From Eledone cirrhosa (Eukaryota), in the NCBI GenBank assembly GCA_964016885.1, contig OZ024743.1, forward strand, positions 236,654,001-236,718,000: a DNA stretch of 64,000 bases. The letters run 5' to 3'. Made by a program: the position numbers and the translations under genes. Each line of letters begins with the position of its first letter. Positions within the stretch are counted from its first letter, which is position 1. This document shows positions 58,756 through 64,000 of this stretch, piece after piece. Below the pieces are notes generated by a model. It did not search any database, was not told where the DNA came from, and worked only from the letters and a program-made list of their open reading frames with translations.

Positions 58756-58846
58756 ACATACATATACATATAGATAAATAGATATAGATATATATATGCA
58801 TATCTGTGTATAAATTATTATATTATATCTATATATATATATATAT

Positions 58847-58937
<91 letters not shown>

Positions 58938-59127
58938 CATATAGATATATAGATATATAGATAGATAGATAGATATAGATATGTATAGGTGAATATATGT
59001 GTATAAGTTATTGTTTTATGTCTATATATATTCGTGTGTGTATGTGTGTGTAGTGTGTGCACGCATGCATAAGTGTACGTCTGTGTCTGTGTGTGTGTGT
59101 GTATCTGTGTGTGTGTGTATATATATT

Positions 59128-59185
<58 letters not shown>
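58658..59185. repeat. Compound (CA)/(TA)/(TG)/(TAGA) microsatellite field
   Basis: Directly visible; explains the HT- and CV-repeat ORFs. Confidence 0.97.
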
Positions 59186-59187
<2 letters not shown>

Positions 59188-59363
59188 TCAGTTGCTGCTA
59201 GTCTGCTTATTTCGAGCGAGACCCAGTAATGTTGACATTTAGCGTTCCATCTTCTCTGTTCTGTTGTCGACAAATTTGTAAAGTTCAGCAAAGGTCTAGC
59301 ATACTTCTAGCTTGTTTAAAATGGCAACTAAATTAAGGAAACCTCTTAATTTACTGGGTGAGC

Positions 59364-59810
59364 GGAGAGGAGAGGAGAGGAGAGGGGGGTCAGAGGAGAT
59401 GAGACGAGAGGGAGTCAGATGAAATGTGACGTGGTGACATGAAATGAGGGGAGATGAAAGGGGACGGATGTGAAGAGAGATGAGATGAGACGAGAGGAGA
59501 GGCGATAAGGTGAGATGAGAGAGGACGATTGTCGGGAGGGGGATTGATGTGGGGGATGTGGTGAGATGAGAAGGGAGGAAGTGAGATGAGAGGAGACGAG
59601 AGGAGATGAGATGAGAGGAGACGAGACGAGAGGATATGAGACGGGGTGAGATGAAATGCGATGATATGAGATGAAGGAAAACGAGGTGAGATGAGAGGAG
59701 AGGAGTCGAGATGAGACTAGATGAGATGAGAGGAGATGAAACGAGACTAGATCAGAGGAGACAGGAGGAGAGAAGACGAAACGAGATGAGAAGAGGTGAG
59801 AGGAGGTGAA
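59364..59810. repeat. Purine-rich degenerate pentamer repeat (GAGAN)n
   Basis: Runs of GAGAT, GAGAG and GAGAC. Confidence 0.9.
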
Positions 59811-59927
59811 ACGATAAAGGAATTACGGAAATCAGAAATGGAGAAGACATAAGCAAAGAAAATATTTGATTGTGAGATAGCGAAGGAGTATTATCACTGG
59901 CAAAGACCATCTCCGAATATATAAAGT

Positions 59928-60563
59928 TTAGTGTTCGGAGCTTGACCATTAGCCACAGTGACTGCCTCAATATTAGTGTCCGGAGCTTGTTTGACCATCA
60001 GCCACAGTGACTGCCTCAATATTAGTGTCCGGAGCTTGTTTGACCATCAGCCACAGTGACTGCCTCAATATTAGTGTCCGGAGCTTGTTTGACCATCAGC
60101 CACAGTGACTGCCTCAATATTAGTGTCCGGAGCTTGTTTGACCATCAGCCACAGTGACTGCCTCAATATTAGTGTCCGGAGCTTGTTTGACCATCAGCCA
60201 CAGTGACTGCCTCAATATTAGTGTCCGGAGCTTGTTTGACCATCAGCCACAGTGACTGCCTCAATATTAGTGTCCGGAGCTTGTTTGACCATCAGCCAGA
60301 GTGACTGCCTCAATATTAGTGTCCGGAGCTTGTTTGACCATCAGCCACAGTGACTGCCTCAATATTAGTGTCCGGAGCTTGTTTGACCATCAGCCACAGT
60401 GACTGCCTCAATATTAGTGTCCGGAGCTTGTTTGACCATCAGCCACAGTGACTGCCTCAATATTAGTAGTGTCCGGAGCTTGTTTGACAATCAGCCACAG
60501 TGACTGCCTCAATATTAGTGTCCGGAGCTTGTTTGACCATCAGCCACAGTGACTGCCTCAATA
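59928..60563. repeat. 49-bp minisatellite, about 13 copies
   Basis: Unit TTAGTGTCCGGAGCTTGTTTGACCATCAGCCACAGTGACTGCCTCAATA. The first copy is 4 bp short and one copy has an extra TAG. Confidence 0.98.
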
Positions 60564-60564
60564 A

Positions 60565-60676
60565 ACTGTTGAATGAGATATACAGAGGTAACATGGCAAG
60601 ACACTGTTGAATGAGTTATACAGAGGTAACATGGCAAGACACAGTTAAATGAGATATACAGAGGTAACATGGCAAG
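60565..60676. repeat. 38-bp tandem repeat, 3 copies
   Basis: ACTGTTGAATGAGATATACAGAGGTAACATGGCAAGAC at 60565, 60603 and 60641, directly abutting the 49-bp array. Confidence 0.95.
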
Positions 60677-61272
60677 TTCACATTGTTGCCAGCTATCCAT
60701 ACAATAACCATTTCTTCTCAAATAATTGTCACGTGATCTGTTGTAGTGTTGGAGGAGTTTTGTAATTCATATCCGTTTATGTTCCAGTGATCAATGAGTT
60801 TATGAAATCGATTTATTGATCACTATCACCTTGATATAGATTTTCTTTCTTCAGTTCAAGCATGAAAATAATAAGAAAGATCTCATTTATATTCGGGAAG
60901 AATAAATAAATGAATGGAATAACAACAACCAAACACACACTAGGGATCAAAGATAGAACATAAAGACAGGTTCTGACAGGAACACATGAGTACACAGAAT
61001 ACACGCACTCATACGCATGCGCAAACAGACACAACAACAAAAAACGTTATAGAAATACAACGGGAGGAAATCAGTGAAGATGTCACAGAAAAAAAATATG
61101 TGTGACAAAAGAACTTTGAGAAACTTTGAGAAATTATATTTGTATTTATAATTTTAACTGTTGGTCAATCAATATTAAACATTGATTGCCTGCTAGATTA
61201 TTTATAAAAGTATAAAGATATATTGAACTGAAGCGAAAACCAAGCCAAGCAGTGAATGTATTTTATTATCAT

Positions 61273-61461
61273 GTGGATTGACAGTATCGGTAGAGAGTCG
61301 GACGCCATGCTTTGACGCATAGACCTACGGCCCTTTCCATTCTGAGTTCAAATCCCGCCGAGGTTAACTTTGCCTTTCATCCTTACAAGGTTGATAAAAT
61401 AAAGTACCAGTAATACACTGGGGTAATTGCTGGCCTTGTGCCAAAAGCAGAAACAATTATT
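61273..61461 (+). mobile_element. tRNA-derived SINE
   Basis: A-box-like TGACAGTATCGG (61279-61290) and B-box GAGTTCAAATCC (61344-61355). The central GCCTTTCATCCTT....GGTTGATAAAATAAAGTACCAG resembles the conserved MetaSINE-type core as I recall it. The 3' end is AT-rich. Confidence 0.8.
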
Positions 61462-61625
61462 GGCGATATTAGGACAACACGACCAAACATAAGAATAAAT
61501 AATAATTTTATGAAATAAAAGAAATTGAAAAATAAATATTTACCTCCAGCACAAATTGTTTACTTGTTACATAAAGAAATCACAAGGATATTATTATAGC
61601 AGAGACTTTATCAGTTTAATGTTTC

Positions 61626-62000
61626 AGAAAGACAAACAAATACCGGACTTGTCCGGCCGCTTTCTCTTTGCACCGATCACTGTTGAGTCCTCAGACCTTC
61701 TCGAACCCCGGACTGTTGGCCTCTTCTGAAAAATCGGATCGATAGTAGCCACTGTGAGGTGGGGTGGCTGTTGCAGCGGGTGTCGCTGGCCATTGTCTAC
61801 GAAAATGTCTTTGACATTTTGTCAGCGGCGTGCAGCTGAAACACCGCTCTGACCTATGTGTAGAGTCTGTCACCCGCTCTCCTCTCCCCTTTCTTTGTCT
61901 AGTAGTTCTTAACTGTTTCTTTATTTTCCTCTCATTTATGGCATTTATAGTCCTTTCCAATACTGCTCTCTTTTTCTGTATGTTTAAATTAACCAAATAA
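61626..62000 (+). mobile_element. Decayed 3' end of a CRE-like (restriction-like endonuclease) non-LTR retrotransposon plus probable 3' UTR
   Basis: Manual translation of 61626-61839 with two frameshifts and one stop: RKTNKYR/DLSGRFLFAPITVESSDLLEPRTVGLF*KIGSIVATVR/WLLQRVSLAIVYENVFDILSAACS*. This fits the K..KY..L....F.P.AVET.G..G and .LLQR.S.A..RGNA motifs of CRE-clade C-termini. AATAAA lies near 61996. Confidence 0.78.
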
Positions 62001-62419
62001 AAATATACAAGTTTTCATAAGAATATTCTTGAAACGGCTATACTTCACCGACTAAAACATCTCCGGAATTGTGACCTCTCATCCTAAAGATTCGACTCCA
62101 GTGAATGTCACCATTCATTTTAAAATTAACTTAAAATATCGGATTGTCTCCCTTGTCTTGCTCGATTAGACTTAATTATTAAGCTAATGTTTGTCTCCTC
62201 ATTACGGGTGTAAGTTTAACTAATCAAAATATTTGGCTCATTACGTTAATTATTAAGTTATCTAATTAGTTAAATAGATTTATTGCTTTTCTATAAAGTT
62301 TATATTTAAATACACTCATGAGCGTGATTTGGCTGATATTTCTGGCAGGACGGGCGACTATGTAGAATCTCCATAGTTGAGCTAGAGTTAAATAACAACT
62401 GGAGAGTTCATCACATGGA

Positions 62420-62490
62420 ACGGGCCTCCGTCTGTCTCGACAATGAGTGTTCAGTTGTCTGACTACAACAGTTCACTCGCGAAATTAAGG
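62420..62490 (-). mobile_element. Short fragment of the same SINE family as 54975-55290
   Basis: CTCCGTCTGTCTCGACAATGAGTGTTCAGTTGTCTGA...GAAATTAA aligns by eye with CTTCATCGATTACGACGATGAGTGTTCCAGTTGTTTGA...TAAATTAA at about 55006-55073. Confidence 0.55.
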
Positions 62491-62495
62491 TAAAC

Positions 62496-62576
62496 CTTCT
62501 TCTTCTTCTTCTTCTTCTTCTTCTTCTTCTTCTTCTTCTTCTTCTTCTTCTTCTTCTTCTTCTTCTTCTTCTTCTT
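62496..62576. repeat. (CTT)27 microsatellite
   Basis: Perfect run; explains the poly-Arg ORF. Confidence 0.98.
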
Positions 62577-64000
62577 GTGTCAAGTTTAGCTATGTTTACG
62601 GAGACAGTCAGAAAAATCCACAGTCTCATGTTTAGCGATGTCTACAGCGACAGCCAGAGACAGCATCAGTGTCATGTTTAGCTATGTCTACCTCGACAGC
62701 AAGAGACAGAGACAGTCTCATGTTTAGCTATGTATTCCTCGACACCCAGAGACAGCCACAGTCTGATGTTTAGCTCTGTCTACCTCGAAAGCCAAACACA
62801 GCCACAGTGTAAGGTTTAGCTATGTCTACGTCGAAAGCAAGAGAGAAGGACAGTGTCATGTTTAGCTTTGTTTACCTCGAAGCCAGAGACAGTCACACTC
62901 TCATGTTTAGCTATATCTACCACGACAGCAAGAGACAGCAACAGTGTCAAGTTTAGCTATATTTACCTCGACAGCAAGACACAGCCACAGTGTCATGCTT
63001 AGCTATATCTACCTCGACAGCCAGAGACAGCCACAGTCTCATGTTTAGCTTTGTCTACCTCGACAGCAAGAGACAGCCACAGTCTCATGTTTAGCTATAT
63101 TTACCACGACATCCAGAGACAGCCACAGTGTTATGTTTAGCTATGTATACCTCGACAACCAGAGACAGCCACAGTATCATGTTTAGATATGTCCACCTCG
63201 ACAGCAAGAGACAGTGACAGTCTCATGTTTAGCTATGTCTACCTCGACACACAGAGACAACCACAGTCTGATGTTTAGCTATGTCTACCTCGACAGCCAG
63301 CGACAGAAACAGTCTCATATTTAGCTATGTCTACCTCGACAGCCAGCGACAGAAACAGTCTCATATTTAGCTATGTCTACCTCGACAGCCTGACACAGCC
63401 CCAGTGTTAGGTTTAGCTATGTCTACCTCGACAGTAAGTGACAGGATAGTGTCATGTTTAGCTATGTTTACCTCGAAGCCAGAGACAGTCACAGTCTCAT
63501 GTTTAGCTATATCTACCACGACAGCAAGAAAGCCACAGTGTCTTGTTTAGCTAAGTCTACATCGACAGCCAGAAACAGCCAGAGTGTCATTTTTAGCTAT
63601 GTTTACCTCGACAGCAAGAGACAGCCACAGTCTCATATTTAGCTATGTCTACCTCGACAGCCAGAAACAGCCAGAGTCTTCTGTTTAGCTATGTCTACCT
63701 GGACATCCAGAGACTGCGACAGTGAGTGTCATATTTAGCTATGTCTACCTCGACAGCAAGAGACAGCTACAGTCTCATGTTTAGCTATGCTTACCACAAC
63801 AGTAAATGACAGCCGCAGTGTCATGTTTAGATATGTCCACCTCGACATCCAGAGACAGCCACAGTCTCATGTTTAGCTCTGTCTACCTCGACAGCAAGAG
63901 ACAGCCACAGTCTCACGTTTAGCTATCTCTACGTCGACAGCCAGCGACAGCCACATTGCCATGTTTTGCTATGTCTAACTCGACAGCCAGAGAGAGCCAC
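62577..64000. repeat. 46-bp diverged minisatellite, about 31 copies, open at the right window edge
   Basis: Consensus GTTTAGCTATGTCTACCTCGACAGCCAGAGACAGCCACAGTSTCAT. GTTTAG recurs at 62584, 62630, 62676 and onward, with many substitutions per copy. Confidence 0.97.

Noticed and set aside
61279-61360. tRNA gene
   Set aside because: A and B boxes are present but no cloverleaf forms, and the sequence continues into a SINE body.
61691-61996. 101-aa minus-strand ORF
   Set aside because: Antisense to the CRE-like relic.

Overview
This is eukaryotic, non-genic, repeat-dominated DNA. The SINE-like and ribozyme-bearing repeats resemble those I recall from octopus/coleoid cephalopod genomes; that assignment is an inference and was not searched. 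Bases 1-51546 are one 36-bp tandem satellite (about 1430 monomers, TATRTTCCTTCAGTCAATCTCCTATACTACDGGTTG). It has nested kilobase-scale duplications and a sharp right edge. All long ORFs in the track are artefacts of this stop-free, 3n-length monomer. The remaining 12.5 kb is a patchwork of microsatellites, four minisatellites (26, 49, 38 and 46 bp units), tRNA-derived SINE copies and two decayed non-LTR retrotransposon 3' ends (Ingi/Vingi-like and CRE-like). The main hidden signal is six type I minimal hammerhead-ribozyme motifs within 52.58-56.32 kb, four with an intact catalytic core. Two of them sit in 223-bp direct repeats 1405 bp apart, forming a retrozyme/Penelope-pLTR-like unit that could yield a self-cleaved, possibly circular, RNA. 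No host protein-coding gene is supported.
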